A DNA stretch of 64,000 nucleotides from an uncultured Methanosarcinales archaeon (GTDB lineage Archaea; Nanobdellota; Nanobdellia; Woesearchaeales; SKGA01): positions 8,453 to 72,452 of the forward strand of contig CAYRYB010000006.1 in NCBI GenBank assembly GCA_964428395.1. The letters are read 5' to 3'. The translations under genes and the position numbers were made by a program. Within the stretch, counting starts at the first letter, position 1. Every line of letters starts with the position of its first letter. The notes under the pieces were generated by a model, which had not been told where the DNA came from, made no database searches, and worked only from the letters and a program-made list of their open reading frames with translations. This document shows, in pieces, positions 50,442 through 59,138 of this stretch.

Positions 50442-51155
50442 ATGGAAACTAAAGTAAGTACGGGAACAGAAGCATTTGATTGGCTTTTAGAAGGTGGATA
50501 TGAAAAAGAGGTCATAACAACCATATACGGTCCTGCCGGTTGTGGAAAAACAAACCTTTGCTTGCTTTATACATGCACGTTTAAAAATAAAAAAGTCATT
50601 TATGTTGATACTGAAGGGTCGTTCTCTCTCTCACGATTTCGCCAAATTAGCGATAATTACAAAGAAGCATTAAAGAACATACTTTTGCTTAAACCAACAA
50701 CATTTCAAGAACAAAAGAAAGCTTTTGAGAAGCTTCGTTTACTCGTAAACAAAAATGTTGGTGCAATAATCGTTGACAGTATTGCTATGCTTTATCGATT
50801 AGAGATGGGAAAAACAAAAAATGTCTATGAAGTAAACAAACAACTCGGAATTCAACTATCCTTTTTAACAGAAATTGCAAGAAAAAACGGCATACCTGTT
50901 CTTATTACCAATCAAGTTTATCAAGACTTTGACAACAAAGAGAAAGTCAACATTGTAGGGGGAGACTTATTAAAGTATCAAAGTAAATGCCTTATTGAGT
51001 TACAAAAAAATAATGATGGAACCCGAACGGCGATCATTCGTAAACACCGATCAATAGAAGAAGATAAACAAATCAAATTCAAAATAACCGATTTAGGAAT
51101 AGAACAAGTACCTGAGGAAGCATCACAAAAAAACGATGATACTGAAATCAATTAA
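50442..51155 (+). CDS. radB: RadB (RadA paralogue, KaiC/RecA-like ATPase)
   Basis: 237 aa. Walker A GPAGCGKTNLCL and Walker B-like IIVDSIA. The short RecA-core-only architecture is typical of RadB. Confidence 0.65.
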   Translation: METKVSTGTEAFDWLLEGGYEKEVITTIYGPAGCGKTNLCLLYTCTFKNKKVIYVDTEGSFSLSRFRQISDNYKEALKNILLLKPTTFQEQKKAFEKLRLLVNKNVGAIIVDSIAMLYRLEMGKTKNVYEVNKQLGIQLSFLTEIARKNGIPVLITNQVYQDFDNKEKVNIVGGDLLKYQSKCLIELQKNNDGTRTAIIRKHRSIEEDKQIKFKITDLGIEQVPEEASQKNDDTEIN

Positions 51156-51252
51156 CAACGATTTAGAGCAAATCGTTGAATGTTGACATAATGTCAACAT
51201 AACAACAAGTAAGAATAAAAAAAATAAAAATTATTTCTTTAAAACATTACGT

Positions 51253-51852
51253 TTACTCTTCAGTAAATTGATCAACATCATATTCGAAAGCTTGACCTTT
51301 ATTTTTTAAACCTTTAAGTTCTAAAAAAGTTTTTGCAAGTAACCAAAAAACAAGACCTAAACTCTTCTTGCCTTTGTTATTACAAGGAATGACAAAATCA
51401 ATATTATTCACTTGATTATTTGTATCACAAAGTGCAACAATAGGAATACCAACACTTAATGCATCTTTTACTGCGTTTTTATCAGGACCTGCATCCGTTA
51501 TGATTATTATTTTCGCTTGCGTGAAATTTTTTAATTGCACATTAGTGAGAATGCCTGGCGGATAACGCCCTGGAAAACAGTTTGCACCTGTCGCTTTTGC
51601 AAACATTCGAATAGGTCTCCAACCATTTTCTCGACGAGAAACAATCAAAATATCTTCTGGTTCATAATAGGAAAGTAAATTTGCTGCAATTCTAATTCGA
51701 TTATCAATCTGTTTGATGTTAAGAACAGAAAGTCCATCAGGACGAGTTTTATAAATAAAGTTTTCCATATATTTTGTGCGAAATTTTGTTCCAATGTGAA
51801 TTCCACTCTTTAGATATTCTTCGTTTGAAATTAATAATTCTTCTTCTGACAT
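51253..51852 (-). CDS. rps2: 30S ribosomal protein uS2
   Basis: LLKSGIHIGTKFRTKYMENFIY...GLSVLNI...IIITDAGPDKNAVKDALSVGIPIVALCDTNN is the uS2 pattern. Confidence 0.85.
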   Translation of the reverse strand: MSEEELLISNEEYLKSGIHIGTKFRTKYMENFIYKTRPDGLSVLNIKQIDNRIRIAANLLSYYEPEDILIVSRRENGWRPIRMFAKATGANCFPGRYPPGILTNVQLKNFTQAKIIIITDAGPDKNAVKDALSVGIPIVALCDTNNQVNNIDFVIPCNNKGKKSLGLVFWLLAKTFLELKGLKNKGQAFEYDVDQFTEE

Positions 51853-52090
51853 ACTACTCCCTCAGTTTGCACAGAAAACGTAATTCTCTGCACTTTTTTA
51901 TTACCCAGCGCAAAACCATTTGGTTTTTTTGTGAACCACTTAAACGACTTAAAACGTCGCCAAAACCATTGTCTTTAAAGCTCACAAATAGGTATTGGTT
52001 GAGAAGAATCAAAGTTCATTTATAAAGATTGTTGTAAAACAACACAAATCACATTTTTCTACGTTAGTTCTTCTTTAAAAGCGAGCAGTA

Positions 52091-52429
52091 TTATTGTTCG
52101 TCTTCTTCTCCAAAATCCTCAGAATCCCCTTCAGTAGTTAAGAAATGTGAAACATCTTCTTTTTGCTTTTGAACTTTTGGCTTTGGTGCAAAATCTTCCT
52201 TTGTAGGCTCTTTTAATTTTTCAATCAGTTCGCCAAAAGATACTTTTGCCAAAACTTTTGTTATTCTAACCTTTACAAATTCTCCTTTTTTTACTCCAGG
52301 GACGAACACAACAAAACCTTTTATTCGAAGAACACCATCACCTTTTTCACCAACTGCATCAATGATACCAGTATACTCTCCTCCTGCATTAATTGGTGGA
52401 GATTGGTTTTGAGAAAATTTTGATTTCAT
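52091..52429 (-). CDS. TRAM-domain protein with an acidic tail
   Basis: GEYTGIIDAVGEKGDGVLRIKGFVVFVPGVKKGEFVKVRITKV is a stand-alone TRAM domain. Confidence 0.6.
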   Translation of the reverse strand: MKSKFSQNQSPPINAGGEYTGIIDAVGEKGDGVLRIKGFVVFVPGVKKGEFVKVRITKVLAKVSFGELIEKLKEPTKEDFAPKPKVQKQKEDVSHFLTTEGDSEDFGEEDEQ

Positions 52430-52493
52430 TAGTATTCACAAAGAGAGGATTGTTTTGTTTAAATAATTTTGCTTCATAGAAGCACAAAATGGT

Positions 52494-52521
52494 AAAAAAA
52501 TAAAAAAAAATAAAAAATAAT
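52494..52521 (-). terminator. Oligo-T tract terminator (minus strand) downstream of the TrmB-like gene
   Basis: The plus-strand A-run AAAAAAATAAAAAAAAATAAAAAATAAT is a minus-strand T-run. Nearly identical to the tract at 5338-5364. Confidence 0.35.
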
Positions 52522-52523
52522 AT

Positions 52524-53333
52524 TTATGCCTTCAATTTAAGCGTTTTCCAGGCTAACTCGAAGAGTTGCTCAAGAGCTGCAGAAAAGAACGGTGTATTTA
52601 CCCAAATACCAATATCATATGTTGGGTGTACTTCTTCATCGTTCATCACCATAAAAATTACTTCAGCACCATCAACAATAATAAATCGTGCAGAAATACT
52701 CTCTAGATTACGAACCTCAGCAATTCCTTCTAAATCTTTTGCAGCTGCCTTTGCTTCATCAGATTTTAACGGTGCTGCAATGCGAATTTTCACGCCTCGC
52801 TTTACTAGCTCTTCAAACAAGGGACGAAGACCCTCTGCTTTTCGCACAAGACCCTGCGTTGTTGTTATCATCGTTACTGACTTTTCCGCGCTTCGAATGG
52901 TAAACTCAATATGGTTGTACAAATTAAGACGTCCTTTCAAAGAACCCGAAAGATCTGTTGGCTCAACAAGTTCAACACCTTGTGTATGCAATGAATTTAA
53001 TTCATTAATAAGATCTGTTCCCTTAAGCTCATCAAGTTTCTTTATATGTGAGTCTGTTGCCGTTATTAAGTTCTTTTTTACTCGCTCTAAAACTTCTTTT
53101 GGTGGCACTGCAATATACTTGATTGGTTTTCCAATCTTCATTACTACAAAACCCTTTTTTTCCAGCGACTCTAAGACATCATAGCTTCGTGACCTTGGCA
53201 CGTTAGCAATATCTGAAAGTTCACCAGCGGTACTCACCCCTCTAGAAAGAAGAGCTGTCCACACTTTAGCTTCATATAAATTTAATGAGAAGTAGCGTCG
53301 TAGCTTGCTCAAAAACTCTTCCTTAACTATCAT
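52524..53333 (-). CDS. TrmB family transcriptional regulator
   Basis: N-terminal wHTH LNLYEAKVWTALLSRGVSTAGELSDIANVPRSRSYDVLESLEKKGFV, followed by a coiled coil and a C-terminal sensor-like domain. Start taken at the internal Met MIVKEEF. Confidence 0.6.
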   Translation of the reverse strand: MIVKEEFLSKLRRYFSLNLYEAKVWTALLSRGVSTAGELSDIANVPRSRSYDVLESLEKKGFVVMKIGKPIKYIAVPPKEVLERVKKNLITATDSHIKKLDELKGTDLINELNSLHTQGVELVEPTDLSGSLKGRLNLYNHIEFTIRSAEKSVTMITTTQGLVRKAEGLRPLFEELVKRGVKIRIAAPLKSDEAKAAAKDLEGIAEVRNLESISARFIIVDGAEVIFMVMNDEEVHPTYDIGIWVNTPFFSAALEQLFELAWKTLKLKA

Positions 53334-53545
53334 ATTTACCCTCCAAAAAAGGAACCTCACCCTTTTCAATTGTTCAATGGTGATTAACTACTATTTATAT
53401 GTTACTATTGTTTATCTCACAAAAATGGTTACACACAAAAAACCATACTGGCTTCTAAAACAAGTGAAAACAAGGAATAGAGAGAACGAATAATTACTTC
53501 TGACAAGGTAGAAAAAGAGAGAAGAACTCGCGAGTAACAAGTCAT

Positions 53546-54373
53546 TTACTTCTTAACAACAAGATAAAATAGTTCATTGGGAATTTGTATGGTCTGAAAA
53601 GTCCAACCCTGTTTAACACAAAATTTTTCAAACCAAGAACGCCTTGACACCGCAATAATTTTCTTGCCTCCAAGAGTACGAAGTGCAAAAGAAACTACCA
53701 AAAAACGCGAGGGAATAGCGGTGAGAATTGCTTTTGAACTGTTTCTCTTCCGCAGTTCAAACGAATCAAGAGCTTTAAACAGAAAAGATACATCTGTTTT
53801 TTGTAAAACAACCCAACTTAAGAACTCTTCACTAAGAACATCAATAGCTTTTACAGAGCCAATTTGTTTTTCTTTCTTAAAAAAAGCTAAAATGAGTTGC
53901 ATATCCAAAGAAGACAAATCGCAAGCCGTATACTTTTTTGGACGCACAGGAAAATAAGAAAGTGAAAAAGGTGTAAAACCGCACGCAACATCCAATAAAG
54001 AAAAATCCTTTGTTAGACCTAAGGCAAAAAGTTTATCAAAAAGTAAAGCATAAACAGAGGGTAAATAATCAAACCGTTCTTGTGTTGATTGGTGTGACTG
54101 TAAAATTGTATCAATAGGACTATCACATACTTTAGCAAGTGGTCTTTTAATAAAAACGCCATAAACTTCACGAAGTTCTTTTCGCGTGCGAGAAACTATT
54201 TTTTTACAAAGAGCACTTTTTTTAAACTGAGCGAAAGATGCGTACTTTTCAGGAATAGCGGGATTAAATTTAATAATCATCTTGCGCACAAAAGCATCAT
54301 CAAGAGAGGATAACTCTGGTTTTTCTTTAACAAGAGAAATTAAATCTTCAAAAAAGTTCACTCTGTTTTCCAT
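53546..54373 (-). CDS. Putative SAM-dependent methyltransferase-like protein
   Basis: LLDVACGFTPFSL resembles a degenerate motif I. Otherwise unassigned. Confidence 0.3.
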   Translation of the reverse strand: MENRVNFFEDLISLVKEKPELSSLDDAFVRKMIIKFNPAIPEKYASFAQFKKSALCKKIVSRTRKELREVYGVFIKRPLAKVCDSPIDTILQSHQSTQERFDYLPSVYALLFDKLFALGLTKDFSLLDVACGFTPFSLSYFPVRPKKYTACDLSSLDMQLILAFFKKEKQIGSVKAIDVLSEEFLSWVVLQKTDVSFLFKALDSFELRKRNSSKAILTAIPSRFLVVSFALRTLGGKKIIAVSRRSWFEKFCVKQGWTFQTIQIPNELFYLVVKK

Positions 54374-55404
54374 CGTAATATTCCTACAATCCCGCCAAGT
54401 CCATTTATTATTTTTGTCGCTTCTTCTGTGTGAAGGAATAACACCTTTCCTTTTGCAGCATGCACTGTTTTAAGCATGTCATCTAGTTGGTTATATGATT
54501 CATCTTGTTTGGATTGGTCAAGAAATTTTTCTGTTACACCAAGTTCTTGAATAGCGCCTGCTTTAGATGCCTTTTGTACATCAGAAAATCCATATGAAAC
54601 GAAATCAGCATCTAATTTTTTAAGAACAAGGGCAACAAATGCTTGCTCCTTTTGCAATCGCTGATTTGCGAAAAGTTGATGTAATTCTGGGCGCATGAGA
54701 AGTTTTCTCACACTTGATTTTGCAACCTCTGGAGTTGAAATAAATGTGCTTATGCGTTTTAGCGTTGCAGGTAATTTTTCTTGTACATAAGGTCTCCAAA
54801 AATCAGCACTCGCAAAAACTATTCCACTTATTTTGTGCGTTTGCAAATAATCATTTACTTTTACGAGAATTTGTTCATATAAAGAAGTATTAGCAGACTG
54901 AACATATTGTTTTTTTGGAACAGTCACTTTGAGTTCTGCAACATGTTTTATTCCTGTTTGCTTAATAAGGGAAAATAATGCGTGTTCTCTATCATATTGG
55001 ACTACTAGTGTTGTTTGCGCACTGTTGGTGAGTGCCTCATTAAGTCTGTCGATAAGTAATGGTGACCAAACATTTTTGTGTAAAGTAAATGAGTCATTGA
55101 TACGAATGCCAAATGTGTGATAAACACCGTGAGGTACTTCTTCTGGTCCTGATAAAACTATTCCTTTTGTACGTAATTCTTCTGCCTCAGATAAGTCAAT
55201 TGATTCAATACGAAGTGTTAGCACCATTTGTTTTCGTACATTTTTTGCGTTCGTCTCGGAACTACCAATTTTTAGCTTTCGCTCAGTCTTCATGGTCATC
55301 TCATCACCTGGCGCGATGAGGTGAGTTAAGTACCATAAGTCATCTGAGAGAGTAACTTTTAAAGAGACATTTCCGTGCTGAAAATCCTTTTTCAGAGGTA
55401 TCAT
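54358..55404 (-). CDS. pelA: Pelota/Dom34 mRNA surveillance protein
   Basis: 348 aa, the typical three-domain length. The N-terminal beta-rich domain and a central/C-terminal eRF1-like fold pattern. Confidence 0.7.
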   Translation of the reverse strand: MIPLKKDFQHGNVSLKVTLSDDLWYLTHLIAPGDEMTMKTERKLKIGSSETNAKNVRKQMVLTLRIESIDLSEAEELRTKGIVLSGPEEVPHGVYHTFGIRINDSFTLHKNVWSPLLIDRLNEALTNSAQTTLVVQYDREHALFSLIKQTGIKHVAELKVTVPKKQYVQSANTSLYEQILVKVNDYLQTHKISGIVFASADFWRPYVQEKLPATLKRISTFISTPEVAKSSVRKLLMRPELHQLFANQRLQKEQAFVALVLKKLDADFVSYGFSDVQKASKAGAIQELGVTEKFLDQSKQDESYNQLDDMLKTVHAAKGKVLFLHTEEATKIINGLGGIVGILRWKTE

Positions 55405-55457
55405 ACTAAAAGAAAAAGAAAGAAGAAGTATAAAAATGTAAGTAAAAAAAAGAAAAA

Positions 55458-56390
55458 TTAAACGTCTTGAAGACCCTCATTTGTTACCTGATAAATACAT
55501 TCTGCATCAGCTAAGTTTGGCGCATCAACAAGTTTAGCAACACGAGTTCCTTTTTTCCCCTTTCGCAAATAAATGCGAAAAGTACTATTATGCGCGACAA
55601 TGTTTCCGCCAATTGCTTCTGTAGGATCACCAAAAAACGCGTCTGGCTTTGACATTACCTGATTTGTTACAAATACACAAAGATTGTGCAAATCCGCAAG
55701 TTTCGCTAAGACATGCATGTGTTTATTGAGTTTTTGCTGGCGTTCTGCAAGGGTTCCTCGACCAACAAACTCTGCTCTAAAATGAGCTGTTAATGAGTCG
55801 ACTACAACAAGACGAACATTATCTCCTTCTTTTACTAAATCATCAACTTTCTCTGCAAGAAGCATTTGATGATCTGAATTAAAAGCTCGTGCTACACGAA
55901 TGTTTTTAAGAACAAGCTCTGGTTCAAGGCCAAATCCTTTTGCAATTTGAATTATTCGTTCTGGTCGAAACGTGTTTTCAGTATCAATGTAAACAGCAAT
56001 TGCATCGGGCGTGTCAACCTGACAACTCACACAAAGAACGTGAGCAATTTGTGTCTTAGAACTACCATACTGTCCAAAACATTCACTAATAGCACCCGTC
56101 TCAAAACCGCCATCAAGCATATCATCAAAGCCCTTTGCACCAGTAGATATTTTAATAACTTTTTCTCGTTTAGCAAGCAAGTCTTCGCCGGACTGAAAAC
56201 CCATATCCATCATACTACGCGCAGCCTGAATCATCTTTCTTGCAGCAGTTTCTGTAACACCACTAGCATTCACTAACTCTGCAGGTGTCGCAACAGCAAT
56301 CGCCATAAGATTGTCAAAACCTCCAGCCTGTAATTTCTCAACTGTGGCTGCACCAACGCCAGGCAAGTCCTCTATTTTTGGGTCTCCCAT
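55458..56390 (-). CDS. radA: DNA repair and recombination protein RadA
   Basis: N-terminal HhH (LPGVGAATVEKLQAGGF), Walker A GQYGSSKTQ, and Walker B LVVVDSLTAHFRAEF. 310 aa. Confidence 0.9.
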   Translation of the reverse strand: MGDPKIEDLPGVGAATVEKLQAGGFDNLMAIAVATPAELVNASGVTETAARKMIQAARSMMDMGFQSGEDLLAKREKVIKISTGAKGFDDMLDGGFETGAISECFGQYGSSKTQIAHVLCVSCQVDTPDAIAVYIDTENTFRPERIIQIAKGFGLEPELVLKNIRVARAFNSDHQMLLAEKVDDLVKEGDNVRLVVVDSLTAHFRAEFVGRGTLAERQQKLNKHMHVLAKLADLHNLCVFVTNQVMSKPDAFFGDPTEAIGGNIVAHNSTFRIYLRKGKKGTRVAKLVDAPNLADAECIYQVTNEGLQDV

Positions 56391-56392
56391 TT

Positions 56393-56716
56393 TCAGTCTT
56401 CTCCTATAATTTCTCCTTCTTCTTTGATATTTACATATTCAAATGCTTTGTTTAGCACTAAAACTGCTTTTGGCAAATCATTTACTCGCAAAGAATTCGT
56501 TGTTTTCCAAGCATCTTGCTTGTCTTTATAGGTGCGCTCTAACGTTATAGTGCGAAATAAGTTTGTTGCACCATCTTTTCCTTTTGCTTCATTTGTCCAA
56601 ATCGTTGCTGTTATTGGACTTGCTCGAAATTTTCGCTCGGGTGTATTCTTATTCACGTTTATGTTTTCCATGGTAATAACCTCCTTGGTTTCCCTTTTTA
56701 TTTCACTCATCGACAC
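56393..56716 (-). CDS. Hypothetical protein immediately upstream of radA and co-oriented with it
   Basis: 107-aa ORF. Its stop lies 2 bp from the radA start. No motif recognised. Confidence 0.3.
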   Translation of the reverse strand: MSMSEIKRETKEVITMENINVNKNTPERKFRASPITATIWTNEAKGKDGATNLFRTITLERTYKDKQDAWKTTNSLRVNDLPKAVLVLNKAFEYVNIKEEGEIIGED

Positions 56717-56805
56717 GTTTGATGAGGGGGTTTGTTAAAAGAGAGATTGACGGAGATGTTTATATACGTTATGTGAACTTGACCAGTGCACACCCTTTTT
56801 AGAAC

Positions 56806-56993
56806 CGTAGTCTCAAAGTAGTCTCAATACAGTCTCAGTCTCAAAAAGGTCAGTCTCAAAGGTAAAAACTGAGACTGACGCATACCCCCTTGTTTCCTGT
56901 GGAAACAAATATTTTACAGTCTCAAAAATCAAAAACCGTCTCAAAAACAGTCTCAAGACAGTCTCAAGACAGACTCTGAGACTCTGAGACTGG
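56806..56993. repeat. Array of about 9 direct GTCTCA(A/G)A and 3 inverted TGAGAC short repeats flanking an ORB-like dyad
   Basis: gtagtctcaaa / gtagtctcaata / cagtctcagtctcaaaaa / cagtctcaaag / ctgagactgacg / cagtctcaaaaa / ccgtctcaaaaa / cagtctcaagaca x2 / ctctgagactctgagactgg. The central 56890-56908 is TTGTTTCC-TGT-GGAAACAA (perfect 8-bp inverted repeat), with CCCCC adjacent. Confidence 0.85.
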
Positions 56994-57031
56994 AGAAAAT
57001 TTTAAATAAAGAAGAAGATTTCTTACACCTA

Positions 57032-57532
57032 ATGAAAGATTTGTTTCTTCGAAAAGAATTAAAACAACCTGCAAGTAAAGAACTTCATAAGCTCGTAAAA
57101 CGCGTAGAACAGCTTAAAAAAACACTTCTAGAGCTTGAACAAACAACAGCAAACGAACCGGAATCTAATGAAAGCGCATTAGAACTTCCTCTTGAAGAAC
57201 CAATACTCATGGAAGAAGAACCAGAATATATTGTTCTAAAAAGCCCAAAACAAAAGCAAAACACTCACACAGCTAGTTTAGAGCAAGAAGCTATTGCAAC
57301 AGTTACAAAAAACAAGAAACACATTATTAAACAAAAAATCATTGGCGTTATCAGTAAAAACAAGGTTACCACAAAACAACTAAAAGAAATTATTGTAGAT
57401 AAACATCGTTATTGCTCAAAAGCAACATATTATCGTTATGTACATGAACTAAAAGCAGAAAATCTGTTAGAATCAATTATTGTTAATCAAAAAGAATACT
57501 TATATGGTATTCAAAAAGAATACCATATCTAA
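57032..57532 (+). CDS. Hypothetical protein with a C-terminal HTH-like region
   Basis: 166 aa with a charged N-terminal half. The C-terminus KATYYRYVHELKAENLLESIIVNQKEY suggests a wHTH. Lies immediately downstream of the repeat array. Confidence 0.35.
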   Translation: MKDLFLRKELKQPASKELHKLVKRVEQLKKTLLELEQTTANEPESNESALELPLEEPILMEEEPEYIVLKSPKQKQNTHTASLEQEAIATVTKNKKHIIKQKIIGVISKNKVTTKQLKEIIVDKHRYCSKATYYRYVHELKAENLLESIIVNQKEYLYGIQKEYHI

Positions 57533-57981
57533 GCTTGAACTGTTTTTACTGCTTTTTCTGTAGATTTCTTCTTTAATGAAACACTCTTGCTCTTGCTTTT
57601 TTTCTGTTTAGACATTGTTCTCTTAGCAACCGGTTTTGCTGTTGCCTTTTTTGGTGTAGATGAGAGTATCTTAATATTTATTGCGTCAAACTCTTTTACT
57701 ACAGCGTCATGGCTCGCATTCTTCTTTAGAGGAAGCGATGTTGTAAGGGGTTCTAGATGAGCAACATTGCACTTTCTTCTTCTCGTTTCTCCATCAATAA
57801 GAACATAGACATCATCAAGAACATCAACAATGACGCATTTTTTACCAGCATCTCTGCCCGCTAGTTTTACACAAATTCGTCCAATCTCATATAACATTTT
57901 AACTTCTCCTTCACCTAAAAACACAGAGTTGGTCGCCCATAAACTCTTGTGATGGATGAAAACTTGTTTACTGCGTTTCAC
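57529..57981 (-). CDS. rpl14e: 50S ribosomal protein eL14 with a Lys-rich C-terminal extension
   Basis: EIGRICVKLAGRDAGKKCVIVDVLDDVYVLIDG is the eL14 KOW region. The C-terminal ~50 aa are K/S/A-rich. Confidence 0.75.
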   Translation of the reverse strand: MKRSKQVFIHHKSLWATNSVFLGEGEVKMLYEIGRICVKLAGRDAGKKCVIVDVLDDVYVLIDGETRRRKCNVAHLEPLTTSLPLKKNASHDAVVKEFDAINIKILSSTPKKATAKPVAKRTMSKQKKSKSKSVSLKKKSTEKAVKTVQA

Positions 57982-58240
57982 GCGCTTCTTCCTTAATAAC
58001 CTGTCGTGAAGCTTTACTTCCTAAAACGCCGCCATAAGGTCTTTGAGGTCGTCTCTTTGTCTTAGATAACTTTGCTACATCTGAAGGTAATTTACGGGGA
58101 ATACCATGTAATGGCTCACCAGTTATGGCGCAATGGGCTACACGCGGCTTCCGCTGCTCGTAACGCTTTACCGTAGTTCCTCCAGGTACGCGTTTAGTTA
58201 CGCGACGAAGTGTTTTTGATCTAAACATTCCTCTTGGCAT
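57968..58240 (-). CDS. rpl34e: 50S ribosomal protein eL34
   Basis: MPRGMFRSKTLRRVTKRVPGGTTVKRYEQRKPRVAHCAITGEPLHG is the eL34 pattern, including the C-x2-... zinc-site remnant. Confidence 0.8.
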   Translation of the reverse strand: MPRGMFRSKTLRRVTKRVPGGTTVKRYEQRKPRVAHCAITGEPLHGIPRKLPSDVAKLSKTKRRPQRPYGGVLGSKASRQVIKEEARETQ

Positions 58241-58348
58241 AGAAAAGGAGAAACAAAGATTCCTTTATAAAGGTTGTCTTCGGGACAAACTGCTTATCAG
58301 GCACTCTTGGAACAAAAAATGAGTCTACGGCGCATAGGAGAAATACTC

Positions 58349-59134
58349 TTAAGCCAATTTAAGCGCTTTTCTAAGTGACATTGAAAAAATCAATGAGAAA
58401 ATAATGTATGCACCTAACCAACCCATATTTTTTATGATGGGTAATTCTTTAAAAAAGAAAATGTTCTTGAACATATAGAGTTTCTTATTACCAATATGTA
58501 CTTGCTTAAAAACATCTGAGTCAAAAGAAACAAGAGGTTCTTTATACGCATAATTTTTAGTAATTATAATAGGGAAAAATTGTTCTTCGCCAGAAGGTTC
58601 ATGACGGACTGATAACTCATATGTTCCAACAGGACCCTCTACACCTTTCCATTCAACAGAATTATTAGAAATTTGCTGCGAAACATTACTTAAGAGAGTA
58701 AAATTTTCAGGAAGAATTAATGAAACGGAACCTGAGACATTATTTTGCGTAGTTAGCGAAATTGAAAATGGTTCTCCTGGAAGAAGCGGTAAAAAAGCAA
58801 GATTTGCTCCCAACCAACCAAAAAAAATGAGTAAAGGAATAATAGTATAAAAAGTTGTTTTGAAAGATGATTTCATAAATTCTCCATTAAGTTTCATTAG
58901 GTCTTTTTGTACCTTCATCGCTTTCTCAGGATTATCTTTTAACGTCTTAAGTTTGTTTTGATACCGTTTCATATCCGCTTTAAGATGCTTTAATCTCTCT
59001 TGATTTGTAGCATACTTGTAAATTAATGTTGTAAAAATAGAAACAATAAGACTTACAATAAGTAACGTAAGAAAGGGACCTGTACTTTGAAGTAATGGCC
59101 CAAACAAAGGATCAAGAATATGTTGTAGCGTCAT
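58349..59134 (-). CDS. DUF106/EMC3/TMCO1-like membrane protein (archaeal Oxa1/YidC-superfamily insertase homologue)
   Basis: 261 aa. TM1 is followed by a charged coiled coil (KHLKADMKRYQNKLKTLKDNPEKAMKVQKDLMKL), then TM2-3. Lies directly downstream of secY, the conserved position of the archaeal DUF106 genes. Confidence 0.55.
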   Translation of the reverse strand: MTLQHILDPLFGPLLQSTGPFLTLLIVSLIVSIFTTLIYKYATNQERLKHLKADMKRYQNKLKTLKDNPEKAMKVQKDLMKLNGEFMKSSFKTTFYTIIPLLIFFGWLGANLAFLPLLPGEPFSISLTTQNNVSGSVSLILPENFTLLSNVSQQISNNSVEWKGVEGPVGTYELSVRHEPSGEEQFFPIIITKNYAYKEPLVSFDSDVFKQVHIGNKKLYMFKNIFFFKELPIIKNMGWLGAYIIFSLIFSMSLRKALKLA

Positions 59135-59138
59135 CGTG

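Noticed and set aside
56806-56993. Possible CRISPR array, because of the many short direct repeats
   Set aside because: The repeat units are only 6-12 bp, with no regularly sized unique spacers and no cas genes nearby. The inverted copies and central dyad point instead to a regulatory or origin-like element.
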